Program-made: the position numbers and the translations under genes
Shown: in pieces, positions 50,009-58,420 of the stretch
How positions within the stretch are numbered: position 1 is the stretch's first letter
Layout of the letters: every line of letters starts with the position of its first letter
Origin: Candidatus Woesearchaeota archaeon
Lineage (GTDB): Archaea > Nanobdellota > Nanobdellia > Pacearchaeales > GW2011-AR1
Assembly (NCBI GenBank): GCA_964355745.1
Contig: CAYHEN010000001.1
Span: forward strand, 17 to 64,016
DNA: 64,000 bases
Reading direction: 5' to 3'
The notes under the pieces: model-generated
Databases searched by the model: none
What the model was told of the DNA's origin: nothing
Seen by the model: the letters and a program-made list of their open reading frames with translations, nothing else

Positions 50009-51811
50009 GTGGAAGAAAGAAATGTAGAATTATTTGTTCCTGGCAGATTATGTTTGTTTGGGGAGCATTCTGATTGGGCAGGAGGACATAGGGTACAAAA
50101 TTCCAAAATTGGAAAAGGATATACTATTGTTGTTCCTACAAACCAAGGGACATATGCAAGAGTAAAAAAAATTGATGAATCTCTTTTTAGATTAAAGACT
50201 GCCTTAAATGAAAAAAATATAGAAATCCCATTAAAAAAAGAAGAGTTATTAAAAATCGCAGAAGATGGAGGCTTTTTTAGTTATATTGCCGGAGTTATTT
50301 ATGAAATCATAGAGAGTTACGAGCAATGCACAAAACACGGAATTGAAATAGATAATTACAAAACTGATCTTCCTATTAAAAGCGGACTCTCAAGTTCAGC
50401 ATCAATATGTGTTCTTGTAGTAGAAGCGTTTAATAAAATATACGGACTTGGATGCACTAAAAGAAGAATTATGGAATTGGCTTATTTGGGGGAAATAACA
50501 ACTCCTTCTAGATGTGGAAGAATGGACCAAGCCTGTGCCTATAAAAAACCAGTATTGATGATTTTTGATGGGAATAGAGTTAATGTAGAAGAATTAAATA
50601 TCCAAAAAGAGCTCTATCTTTTAATTGTGGATTTAAAAAAGGGGAAAAATACAGTCAAAATTCTTGCAAATTTAAATGAAGGTTTTCCTTGGCCAAGAGA
50701 TGAAAGAGAAAAACAAAAGCATGAGTATTTAGGGCCAATTAATAAACAAATTGTTCTGAGTGCTAAAAAATTTATTGAGGGGGGAGATGCCATAAAAACA
50801 GGGGTAATGATGACTTTGGCTCAGAATTTTTTTGATTCCTATCTAAAAGAATTTTGTCCAGAGGAACTTGAAGCCCTTGTATTGCATTCTGTTTTAGAGA
50901 TGCCAGAGATTCAAAAATTTATTTATGGAGGAAAAGGAGTTGGGAGTGGTGGTGATGGTAGTGCGCAAATTATCTGCAAGTCTAAAGAAGATAGGGAAGA
51001 GGTTAAAAAAATATTAGAATCTAAGAGTTTTGGATGTTTAGATTTAGATTTAATTCCATCTGAAAGATACATAGATAAAAAAATCAAGGCTATAATTCCT
51101 GCAGGAGGCTTTGGTGAAAGATTATACCCTTTAACTGAAGAAAAACCTAAATCTCTACTGGAAATTAAAGGAAGAGCTTTAATCGATTATACAATTGATA
51201 AAATTAATGAAATAAAAAATATTAGTGAAATAATTATAGTCACAAACAATCTTTTTTATAAACAATTTTTAGAATGGAAAAAAAGAAGAAAAGAGAATAT
51301 AAAAATTATAAATAATGGTATAAATTCAAGCCAAGAACTTTCAAGCGGATTGGGAAACCTTTCAATTGCAATTAATAATGGAGATGTAAATGAGGATATC
51401 TTAGTAATTGGTGGAGACAATTTCTTTGAATGTTCCCTAAATGAGATTTATAATATTTTTAAAAAAGAAGAAAAAGAATTGGCTATATTTCATCATGTTC
51501 AAGACATAGAAAGAGCAAAGAGTTTGGGGGTTGCTCAAATTAAAGACAACATACTCGTAGATTTCAAAGAAAAACCAGAAAATCCAAAATCTACTATATG
51601 CTCCACTAGTGCTTATTTTTATAAAAAAGAAACATTAAACCTGATAAATGATTTTGCGCAGATGCGTATACATGGCCATTTGGGAACTTTATTAGAACAT
51701 CTTTACAAAATTTCCCCTGTCTATGCCCATGTTATAAAAGAAAAATGGATAGACATAAATGATAAAAATGCATTGAAGTTAGCAGACCCAATAACTTATA
51801 GAGATTTATAG
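50009..51811 (+). CDS. GHMP sugar kinase fused to sugar-1-phosphate nucleotidyltransferase
   Basis: PGRLCLFGEHSD, PIKSGLSSSA, GRMDQ, GSGGDG (GHMP); from about aa 358 IPAGGFGERL...KPKSL...EKP. Confidence 0.88.
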   Translation: MEERNVELFVPGRLCLFGEHSDWAGGHRVQNSKIGKGYTIVVPTNQGTYARVKKIDESLFRLKTALNEKNIEIPLKKEELLKIAEDGGFFSYIAGVIYEIIESYEQCTKHGIEIDNYKTDLPIKSGLSSSASICVLVVEAFNKIYGLGCTKRRIMELAYLGEITTPSRCGRMDQACAYKKPVLMIFDGNRVNVEELNIQKELYLLIVDLKKGKNTVKILANLNEGFPWPRDEREKQKHEYLGPINKQIVLSAKKFIEGGDAIKTGVMMTLAQNFFDSYLKEFCPEELEALVLHSVLEMPEIQKFIYGGKGVGSGGDGSAQIICKSKEDREEVKKILESKSFGCLDLDLIPSERYIDKKIKAIIPAGGFGERLYPLTEEKPKSLLEIKGRALIDYTIDKINEIKNISEIIIVTNNLFYKQFLEWKKRRKENIKIINNGINSSQELSSGLGNLSIAINNGDVNEDILVIGGDNFFECSLNEIYNIFKKEEKELAIFHHVQDIERAKSLGVAQIKDNILVDFKEKPENPKSTICSTSAYFYKKETLNLINDFAQMRIHGHLGTLLEHLYKISPVYAHVIKEKWIDINDKNALKLADPITYRDL

Positions 51812-51815
51812 AAAG

Positions 51816-52613
51816 TTATCTTAACAATTTCTTTTTATTGAGGAGGTATTGTTCAATTCCACCTATACAATGGTCTGCTGCTAATCCTCCCTTTACTCCC
51901 CCTTCTTTTAAGAATTTGGAAAGAGAATCTGTATCTGTTGGCAAAAACCATAAATCAGAATGTTCTTTATTTTCTGGGTTTAATCTCAGTTTTGTATGGG
52001 GAACTCTCAAGGGAATATAAATATAAGTAGTTAAATCTGTGTTGCTTCCTCTGGACAATCCAAGAAATCTTGCGTCTTGAATATCAAATGCACTTTCTGG
52101 ACAAAGCAAATCATACGCTCCCTCTTCATGGCATTCAGAATATGCAACACTAAATGGGTTTTTAGGAGGTAAATTCTTTTCATTGTCAAAGAATCCTGAG
52201 CCAAAAAAGCAAAGTCCTCTTTGATCAGAGATTCCTCCTCTTACTGCAATCGGTATAAAACCGTCAGTTGTTTCTTGGATTGAATTAACTGTTATTGGTG
52301 ATGGGTAGAAAGAATCTGGCATTCCCTTTGTCTCTCTTAGAATATTGTGCCAAACATATTTTGTTGGACTTACCCATAGATGTAAATTTTTATCGGAATC
52401 AAAAGTGTATCCCTCATATCTCCATGCACCTTCACGAAGGGGACGTTTACCTCCACTTTTTTTGTTCCATTTTTCTTCTATTTCTCTTTCAAGGCTGGGG
52501 GGTAATACAAAAGTAGATTCTCTTTCTCCCATTAAAACCTGATTACATCCGAGAAATGGAGGTTCTGGTTCTAAAAAGAAAGTTAGATTTTTACCATATT
52601 CTGATCTTCTCAT
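51816..52613 (-). CDS. Hypothetical protein, possibly degenerate Nudix fold
   Basis: Long ORF with SGFFD...YSECHEEG and EHS motifs reminiscent of Nudix-like proteins. Confidence 0.45.
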   Translation of the reverse strand: MRRSEYGKNLTFFLEPEPPFLGCNQVLMGERESTFVLPPSLEREIEEKWNKKSGGKRPLREGAWRYEGYTFDSDKNLHLWVSPTKYVWHNILRETKGMPDSFYPSPITVNSIQETTDGFIPIAVRGGISDQRGLCFFGSGFFDNEKNLPPKNPFSVAYSECHEEGAYDLLCPESAFDIQDARFLGLSRGSNTDLTTYIYIPLRVPHTKLRLNPENKEHSDLWFLPTDTDSLSKFLKEGGVKGGLAADHCIGGIEQYLLNKKKLLR

Positions 52614-52698
52614 TAAGGAAATCTTGTTTTCTTAGTTTAAAAGGTTTTATATCCCTTTTTGTATATAATTTTATAAAAGGTTTTTTCTTGTAAAATCT

Positions 52699-53679
52699 GT
52701 GAAAAATCCAAAAGTATCTATAATTATTCCTTCGAGAAGCGTGGATTCTTTGACTGAAAAATGCATTCAAGAGTGTTTAAACTTGGATTATGACAACTTC
52801 GAAATTATATTGTCTGTGGCAGTTAAAAACAAAAGTTTCAAAGACAAGAGAGTTAAAATAATTGAAGTCGGAGAGGTTAAACCATCTATAAAAAGAAATA
52901 TGGCGATGAAGAAAGCAAATGGAGAATTTTTGGCATTTATTGACTCTGATGCATATCCAAGAAAGGATTGGCTGAAAAATGCAATTAGATATTTTGACGA
53001 TGAAAAAATAGGAATTGTTGGTGGTCCAAATTTAACCCCTCCAGAAGGAAATTTTGCTGAAAGAGTTTCTGGTTATGTTCTTTCTAATTTTTGGGCAAGC
53101 GGATTTGCTTATTTAAGATACAGGATAACCGAAAATCAGTTCGTTAAAATGATGCCTTCGTGTAATTATATCTCTCGGAAAAAAATTTCTCCAGAGTATG
53201 ATTCTGGATTTCTGACTGCAGAGGATTCTAAATTCTGTTTTGAAATTAAAAAAAGGGGGTATAAAATATTTTATGCTGGGAATGTCGTGGTATATCATCA
53301 TAGAAGAGATACAATGAAGAAACATATTAAACAAATGTTTATTTATGGCAGGGATATGAGTTGGTTAATTAAGGAAGAATTTTCTCTTGATAAATTATAT
53401 TTCTCTCTGTTGAGTCTTTTTAGCTTAGGATTTGTCGCAGGGATTATTTTGTCTATTTTCTCTCTAACAGTTAGAATATTTTTTTTATATTTAGTTTTTA
53501 TTTATGCATTGATTATCTTATTTACTAGTATTCATGAAAATATAAAAACAACTTTTTGGGTTAGCATAATTACAATACTAACACATTTTTCCTATGGGTT
53601 TGGTTTTTTATATGCGGCACTATTCAAAAATTCGAAAGAAAAGGCAGTTTATCCTACACTAAAATCAAATAGCGTCTAA
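52699..53679 (+). CDS. GT2 glycosyltransferase with C-terminal TM helices
   Basis: VSIIIP, KRN, FIDSD, AED, HHRR; hydrophobic C-terminus. Confidence 0.9.
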   Translation: MKNPKVSIIIPSRSVDSLTEKCIQECLNLDYDNFEIILSVAVKNKSFKDKRVKIIEVGEVKPSIKRNMAMKKANGEFLAFIDSDAYPRKDWLKNAIRYFDDEKIGIVGGPNLTPPEGNFAERVSGYVLSNFWASGFAYLRYRITENQFVKMMPSCNYISRKKISPEYDSGFLTAEDSKFCFEIKKRGYKIFYAGNVVVYHHRRDTMKKHIKQMFIYGRDMSWLIKEEFSLDKLYFSLLSLFSLGFVAGIILSIFSLTVRIFFLYLVFIYALIILFTSIHENIKTTFWVSIITILTHFSYGFGFLYAALFKNSKEKAVYPTLKSNSV

Positions 53680-54132
53680 GTTAGTCAATTTTTTAAAAAT
53701 AAAAAGATTATAAATAACAGAAAGTTTGCTGAATCTCTGTTCAAACATTATTTCTGTGATGAAATCAACAAATAAATGAAAGAGGAACCCAATAAAAATA
53801 AAATTAAAAATTGGATATAAATAAAACCCAAGAAAAAGAAGAATGATTAAACTTTCTACTCCGTGGAGAAAGTAAAATCCAAGATAAATCTTCTTTTTCT
53901 GCTCCTTGCTCATAGAATAAAGCTTTCTTATATTTTTTATATACCATTTATAAGCTGTAAAAGGATTCAAATCATTTTTCTTAAAAATATAATAAATGTA
54001 ATGGTCTATGTCTATAACAACTGAGGACAGGAGAATAATCGTTAAACCAAAAATGGAAATTATTGGAGAAAAAAAGAAATATAAAATAGCCACAAAAACA
54101 ATTCCCAAAATAAAGTGAATTTGTGGTAGCAT
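53665..54132 (-). CDS. Membrane-bound metal-dependent hydrolase-like protein
   Basis: H...DIDH...FLH..E...HLFVD pattern within TM helices. Confidence 0.6.
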   Translation of the reverse strand: MLPQIHFILGIVFVAILYFFFSPIISIFGLTIILLSSVVIDIDHYIYYIFKKNDLNPFTAYKWYIKNIRKLYSMSKEQKKKIYLGFYFLHGVESLIILLFLGFYLYPIFNFIFIGFLFHLFVDFITEIMFEQRFSKLSVIYNLFIFKKLTNLDAI

Positions 54133-54133
54133 C

Positions 54134-55660
54134 TTATTCCTGAATCATATTTACAATGTCTGCAAATGCAGGTCTTGTGATTAAAACTCCTAAGGTAATT
54201 CCTATCAACGTCATAATCGCAAATCCCTTTAACAAACCCGCTCCTGCCCATAAAAGAGGCAATAATGAAACTACTACTGTAAAATATGCTCCTAAAATTA
54301 TTGTAAATGCCCGTTTTATTCTCTGTTTAACGCTTAAAACTTCTTTTGTTTTTGCTTCATCCAATACAACAATTTGGTCATCTACTCCTGTCCCTATTGC
54401 GGCAAGGATTCCTGCTATTCCCGCCAAATCTAAATCCTGTCTTAAAAGTGCTGCTATTCCCAAAGTAATTATTATTTCAGAAGTACAGATGAGCAAAGGA
54501 GGGATTGCTAATCTGAATTTTTTGTATTTTATGAATATTATAATCGCTACAGAAAGCAATGCTATAACTCCTGCAAGAAGTATGTATTTCGTAAAGTTAG
54601 TTCCAAGCGTAGGAGAGATTGTCTGAAGCTTAACAATTTCTAACTTGAAAGGCAGACTTCCTGTGATTAAAATTGTCTGAAGATTTTTCATTTGTGCTTC
54701 TGCATCTTTTACTGCATCTAATTGTGTTTCTCCAAAACCACTTCCAGTAATCTGAATTTGTGTTGTTACTCTTCCCTTCAAGTTCTCACTTATCAGCAGA
54801 CTATCAACTAAATTATCATCTAAATACAAATCTAATTTTTTAGAAAGGTAATTTCCCTGAGAAGTTAAATTAACACTTATGTTGCTTGTTATTGCTGCGT
54901 GTCTCTCTGCAGCGGTTTGGCTTAAATAAACAGTAAATCTAAACTCGCAAAAATACCCTCCTTGTGGATTCTGATTACAAGAATAAACTCCTGAATCCTG
55001 TCCTCCTCTCGCCACATCAGAGATATCTTTTTCTCCTCCAATAAAAACAGTTTCATTTCCTATTTTGGCTTCAAATTTTCCCTGCTGAGAGATTAAATTT
55101 TCTAAATCTTTTGGAGTTGCTCCTGCAATTTCTACTAACATAAAATAATCTCCATACAAATCCCTGATTGGCCTTACAGTAATGTCAGAAATTCCGTAAA
55201 CATTAAACCTATTGCTAATTACATTTACTAAATCATTAATCTCGTTAGAACTTAGTTTATGATTTTCTGCTCTTACTAATGCTCTCGAACCCCCTGATAA
55301 ATCCAGTCCTGTTTTCAAATTGGTTTTTGGAAGACTGGAAACAGTTATCCCTAACGAATCATTTGAATAGATGACATATTCTCCACTTGTTGTAGTTATC
55401 GTTGTCTTTATTTTTTCATTGGAAATAAATTTCTCCTGTATAATCTTGGAATAATCCTCGATACTGCTTATTGCTTTTCCATCTATAGAAGTAATTACTT
55501 GTTTGGCTCTTACTCCTTGTTCAAAGACAGAGGAGTTTTGTTCAACACTGGTTATTTCAACTCCTTTTTGCATAAAATTCGGAGTAATAAAAATAGAAAT
55601 CAAGGCTAAAGCTAAAAAAATCAGCCAAAGCCAGATTCTAAAGGTGAATTTAATTTTCAT
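54134..55660 (-). CDS. secD: Protein-export membrane protein SecD
   Basis: GLDLSGGS, GSLP, SPTLG, IGTGVDDQIV, ITRPA. Confidence 0.92.
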   Translation of the reverse strand: MKIKFTFRIWLWLIFLALALISIFITPNFMQKGVEITSVEQNSSVFEQGVRAKQVITSIDGKAISSIEDYSKIIQEKFISNEKIKTTITTTSGEYVIYSNDSLGITVSSLPKTNLKTGLDLSGGSRALVRAENHKLSSNEINDLVNVISNRFNVYGISDITVRPIRDLYGDYFMLVEIAGATPKDLENLISQQGKFEAKIGNETVFIGGEKDISDVARGGQDSGVYSCNQNPQGGYFCEFRFTVYLSQTAAERHAAITSNISVNLTSQGNYLSKKLDLYLDDNLVDSLLISENLKGRVTTQIQITGSGFGETQLDAVKDAEAQMKNLQTILITGSLPFKLEIVKLQTISPTLGTNFTKYILLAGVIALLSVAIIIFIKYKKFRLAIPPLLICTSEIIITLGIAALLRQDLDLAGIAGILAAIGTGVDDQIVVLDEAKTKEVLSVKQRIKRAFTIILGAYFTVVVSLLPLLWAGAGLLKGFAIMTLIGITLGVLITRPAFADIVNMIQE

Positions 55661-56696
55661 GTTTGTTCTTCAACACATACCATTTAATTATTGAAACATT
55701 AGTAAGCCATGTATTAATCAAATCAAACATTAAACCAATAAGCATAATTGTAAAAATCTGAGAGAGTATAGAAGAGAATGAACCAATAACAATTAATACA
55801 ATTAAAACAGAAAAGATAGATGTGAGAGTCATTGTGATTCCTGTCTTGAATGAATCAAACAATTTTCTGTTTAGACTTCCTCCCTCTCTTTTTATCGCTT
55901 TTATTGTAAGCAAAATATCTGTATCTACACTGTATCCGATAAGCATCAAGAATGCAACAATTCCTGCACTTGAAATTGAAATTCCCAAAAGGTTAACTAA
56001 AACTAAAGTCATGAATATGTCTGCAAAAGCAGAAAAAATTACAGCCATTGAGGGGATGCTGTATTTTATATAAAAGAAAAGATTTACTAAAAAGATTGTC
56101 CCTGAAAAAATAAATGCTTGATTGATTGAAATTACATGTATTGCAAAAAAGAGGAAAGGAGTTAATAAAGACAAAAATACTAACAAAGTCTTAATCTTTG
56201 TGTTCTTTGAGAAGATAAAGAAAACGACTGTCCCCATAAAGGTGAATGCAAATAAAATTGCCAGTATTAATTGTGAATAAAACCCTTCACTCAAAGTAGA
56301 GCCAGTAAATTCAAAACTGCTGTTCTCGTCATTTAATTCATACCCAAGATAGCCTTCAAGAACTTCTCTTGTCTGTGAGTCATTGCTTCTTGTTTCTACT
56401 ATCACTGCAATCTGTTTTTGAGTTATCAAATCAGAAATTTCTCGAATCTGAACTCCTTCAAGTTTGCTTGAAATTGCATTTCTTAAATCTGCTAAGTCGA
56501 TATTTTCATCATTGATAGTTACAGAAGTTCCTCCTGTCAGAGAAACGTCCTTATTAATAAAATCATGGTGTTGCGAATAAAAAAATCCCATATAAACAAA
56601 ACTTGATACGATTAAAATTAGGGGAATTAAGAGCAAAATCTTATAATTCTTGTCATGAAACTTTGTGAATTTTTCTTTAAATTTTTCTTTTTCCAT
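55650..56696 (-). CDS. secF: Protein-export membrane protein SecF
   Basis: DVSLTGG, LMLIGYSVDTDILL, DLINTW. Confidence 0.92.
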   Translation of the reverse strand: MEKEKFKEKFTKFHDKNYKILLLIPLILIVSSFVYMGFFYSQHHDFINKDVSLTGGTSVTINDENIDLADLRNAISSKLEGVQIREISDLITQKQIAVIVETRSNDSQTREVLEGYLGYELNDENSSFEFTGSTLSEGFYSQLILAILFAFTFMGTVVFFIFSKNTKIKTLLVFLSLLTPFLFFAIHVISINQAFIFSGTIFLVNLFFYIKYSIPSMAVIFSAFADIFMTLVLVNLLGISISSAGIVAFLMLIGYSVDTDILLTIKAIKREGGSLNRKLFDSFKTGITMTLTSIFSVLIVLIVIGSFSSILSQIFTIMLIGLMFDLINTWLTNVSIIKWYVLKNKHEN

Positions 56697-56697
56697 T

Positions 56698-57096
56698 TTA
56701 GTGATAAGTTACTTCTAATTTAATTCTATCTGGGTCTTCAAAATATACAGCATAATAATTCTCTCCATATTCGGGGTATTGTTTAGGGCTGTTGTAAAGA
56801 ACTGTTTCTTTTTTGTTTGACAAAAACCTATTAAAAAATTCATCAACTTCTTGCTTAGAATTAACTTTAAATGCTATATGGTTTAAACCTGTGCTTTTTC
56901 TATGAAATTTTTTATCTTTAAAATTAGATTCTGTTTCAACTACCCAGAATGAAAAATCATCATTTATCCAACTTATTATACTCTCTTCTTCCATAAATTT
57001 TTTCCAGTCAAGAATTTTAAACATTTCCGAATAGAATTTCTTAGATTTTTCAAAATCAGAAACATTAACTTGTATGTGAATTATTTTTCCTTTCAT
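56698..57096 (-). CDS. VOC/glyoxalase-family protein
   Basis: HIQVNVSD...SKKFY, GLNHIAF, YYAVYFEDPDRIKLE. True start 57096; the track's extension runs into the tRNA. Confidence 0.9.
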   Translation of the reverse strand: MKGKIIHIQVNVSDFEKSKKFYSEMFKILDWKKFMEEESIISWINDDFSFWVVETESNFKDKKFHRKSTGLNHIAFKVNSKQEVDEFFNRFLSNKKETVLYNSPKQYPEYGENYYAVYFEDPDRIKLEVTYH

Positions 57097-57104
57097 GTTA
57101 AAAA

Positions 57105-57175
57105 TGCGCCGACCGGGAATCGAACCCGGACCCTCAGCTTGGAAGGCTGACATTCTACCTTTAAACCATCAGCGC
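57105..57175 (-). tRNA. tRNA-Gly(TCC)
   Basis: GCGCTGA/TCGGCGC acceptor, anticodon arm TCAGC-CTTCCAA-GCTGA, TTCGATT T-loop; CCA not encoded. Confidence 0.95.
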
Positions 57176-57241
57176 GCTGATAGTATAATAAAGCAGGGCA
57201 TTTTAAATATTATTATTTGGAGAAAGAAGTTTATTACTTAA

Positions 57242-57330
57242 CGCGCCTGGAAGGATTTGAACCTTCGACTTCGTCCTTTCCCAAGAATTGTAGGGGGGAC
57301 GCACTCTAATCCAAGCTGAGTTACAGGCGC
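57242..57330 (-). tRNA. tRNA-Arg(CCT) with 13-nt intron (57278-57290) at 37/38
   Basis: GCGCCTG/CAGGCGC acceptor, A20, G73, stem CGTCC/GGACG enclosing 20 nt; removing the intron gives loop CCCCTAA. Confidence 0.8.
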
Positions 57331-57369
57331 ATGGAATACCTTTTTAAATAACAACTTGGTTTAAAAAAC

Positions 57370-57642
57370 ATGTTGGTTAAAGCATTAGGAGTATTAGATT
57401 TTGTTGGGGGGTTAATTCTTATGTTTAGTTCAGGGGCAAAGATTCCTATATCTGTTTTAATAGTTTTGTCCATAATCTTTCTAATTAAAGCAGGAATTGG
57501 ATTGCTGAAAGAATTCGCAAGCTGGATAGATTTAATCGCGGGAATTGTCTTTATTCTTATGATATTTTTCCCTGTTTATTGGATTGTTTGTTTCATATCA
57601 GGAATTCTATTAATTCAGAAGGGGGTAGTTAGTTTTCTATAA
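57370..57642 (+). CDS. Small hydrophobic membrane protein
   Basis: 90 aa, 3-4 TM segments with an internal D..G...KG repeat. Confidence 0.7.
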   Translation: MLVKALGVLDFVGGLILMFSSGAKIPISVLIVLSIIFLIKAGIGLLKEFASWIDLIAGIVFILMIFFPVYWIVCFISGILLIQKGVVSFL

Positions 57643-57651
57643 TGCGGGAAA

Positions 57652-57794
57652 TTATTTCATACTGATTATCTTTTCATATAACTCTTTCCAGGAGTAAACT
57701 CTCTCCGCGATATTTGATTCATTCACATTTTTACTCTTAATTCCATCAAAAAGATATCTATATCAAATCCAACTTTTAACGTCCAAGTTTTCAT
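57652..57794 (-). pseudogene. Possible relic of a HAD-family nucleotidase
   Basis: MKTWTLKVGFDID... (HAD motif I-like start) and, in another frame, ...IAERVYSWKELYEKIISMK* (typical C-terminus). Confidence 0.35.
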
Positions 57795-57812
57795 TTTAAA
57801 TTCCAAATAAAA

Positions 57813-57896
57813 TGCGGGAGATAGGATTTGAACCTACGCAGGCACTAAGCCACGAGAGCCTTAATCTCGCCCATTTGACCACTCTGGCACTCCCGC
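57813..57896 (-). tRNA. tRNA-Leu, anticodon AAG
   Basis: GCGGGAG/CTCCCGC acceptor, A73, long variable arm, anticodon arm CGAGA-TTAAGGC-TCTCG. Confidence 0.9.
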
Positions 57897-57976
57897 AGAG
57901 CATGTTCGCGAAACTTCAATATCGCCCTTGATTTTGAGCGAGCGTGCGAACAATACTTAAAATACAATTAATTTTC

Positions 57977-57996
57977 TATATAAAAAGCTTTATAAA
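57977..57996. promoter_or_regulatory. Back-to-back archaeal TATA boxes for tRNA-Leu leader (-) and 5S rRNA (+)
   Basis: TTTATAAA at 57989-57996 preceded by a purine-rich BRE-like run, about 22 nt before the 5S. TTTATATA on the minus strand at about 57977-57984. Confidence 0.6.
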
Positions 57997-58017
57997 TAAC
58001 ACCTCTTCTATAAAATT

Positions 58018-58131
58018 GAAGACGGCCATAATAGGTTGGAAACACCTGTTCCCTTTCCGAACACAGAAGTTAAGCTTCCTATGTTGACTGTGTTAGTGCC
58101 CGACAAGGCGCCAAGCAATCAAGCTGTCTTC
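58018..58131 (+). rRNA. rrf: 5S rRNA (stand-alone)
   Basis: Helix I GAAGACGGC/GCTGTCTTC; conserved CCATA...ACACC...CCGAACACAGAAGTTAAGC. Confidence 0.92.
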
Positions 58132-58370
58132 TTTGAATCTTGATAAGAATTACTTAACGTTTTCCCTTTTTCATATAAAGAAATCTCTAACAGAGCATCA
58201 TCAACTATTTCAGGAGAGAGATATTGCCTTCCAAGTTTATTGGTTCTAGTTTTATCATACGTCTCAACAATCCTTCTTGCTCGCCAATATTCCCCATCTT
58301 CAAAAAAAAATCTCTCGACTCTTCCGACAAATGTCTTAACTTTTCCAACAAAAACATCCAAGCTTTTCAC
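58119..58370 (-). CDS. Hypothetical small protein
   Basis: Plausible GTG start at 58370 below a TTTATAAA box; the stop overlaps the 5S 3' end. No recognisable motif. Confidence 0.35.
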   Translation of the reverse strand: MKSLDVFVGKVKTFVGRVERFFFEDGEYWRARRIVETYDKTRTNKLGRQYLSPEIVDDALLEISLYEKGKTLSNSYQDSKKTA

Positions 58371-58420
58371 AAATAATAATATATCCAGAACTTTATAAAG
58401 ATTTGTTGCTTTTAATGGAT

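Noticed and set aside
57097..57153. N-terminal extension of the VOC ORF in the track
   Set aside because: It is translated tRNA-Gly sequence.
57242..57330. Alternative reading as tRNA-Pro(TGG) using CTTGGGA in the intron
   Set aside because: It breaks the D-arm/anticodon/variable-loop spacing; A20 and G73 support Arg.
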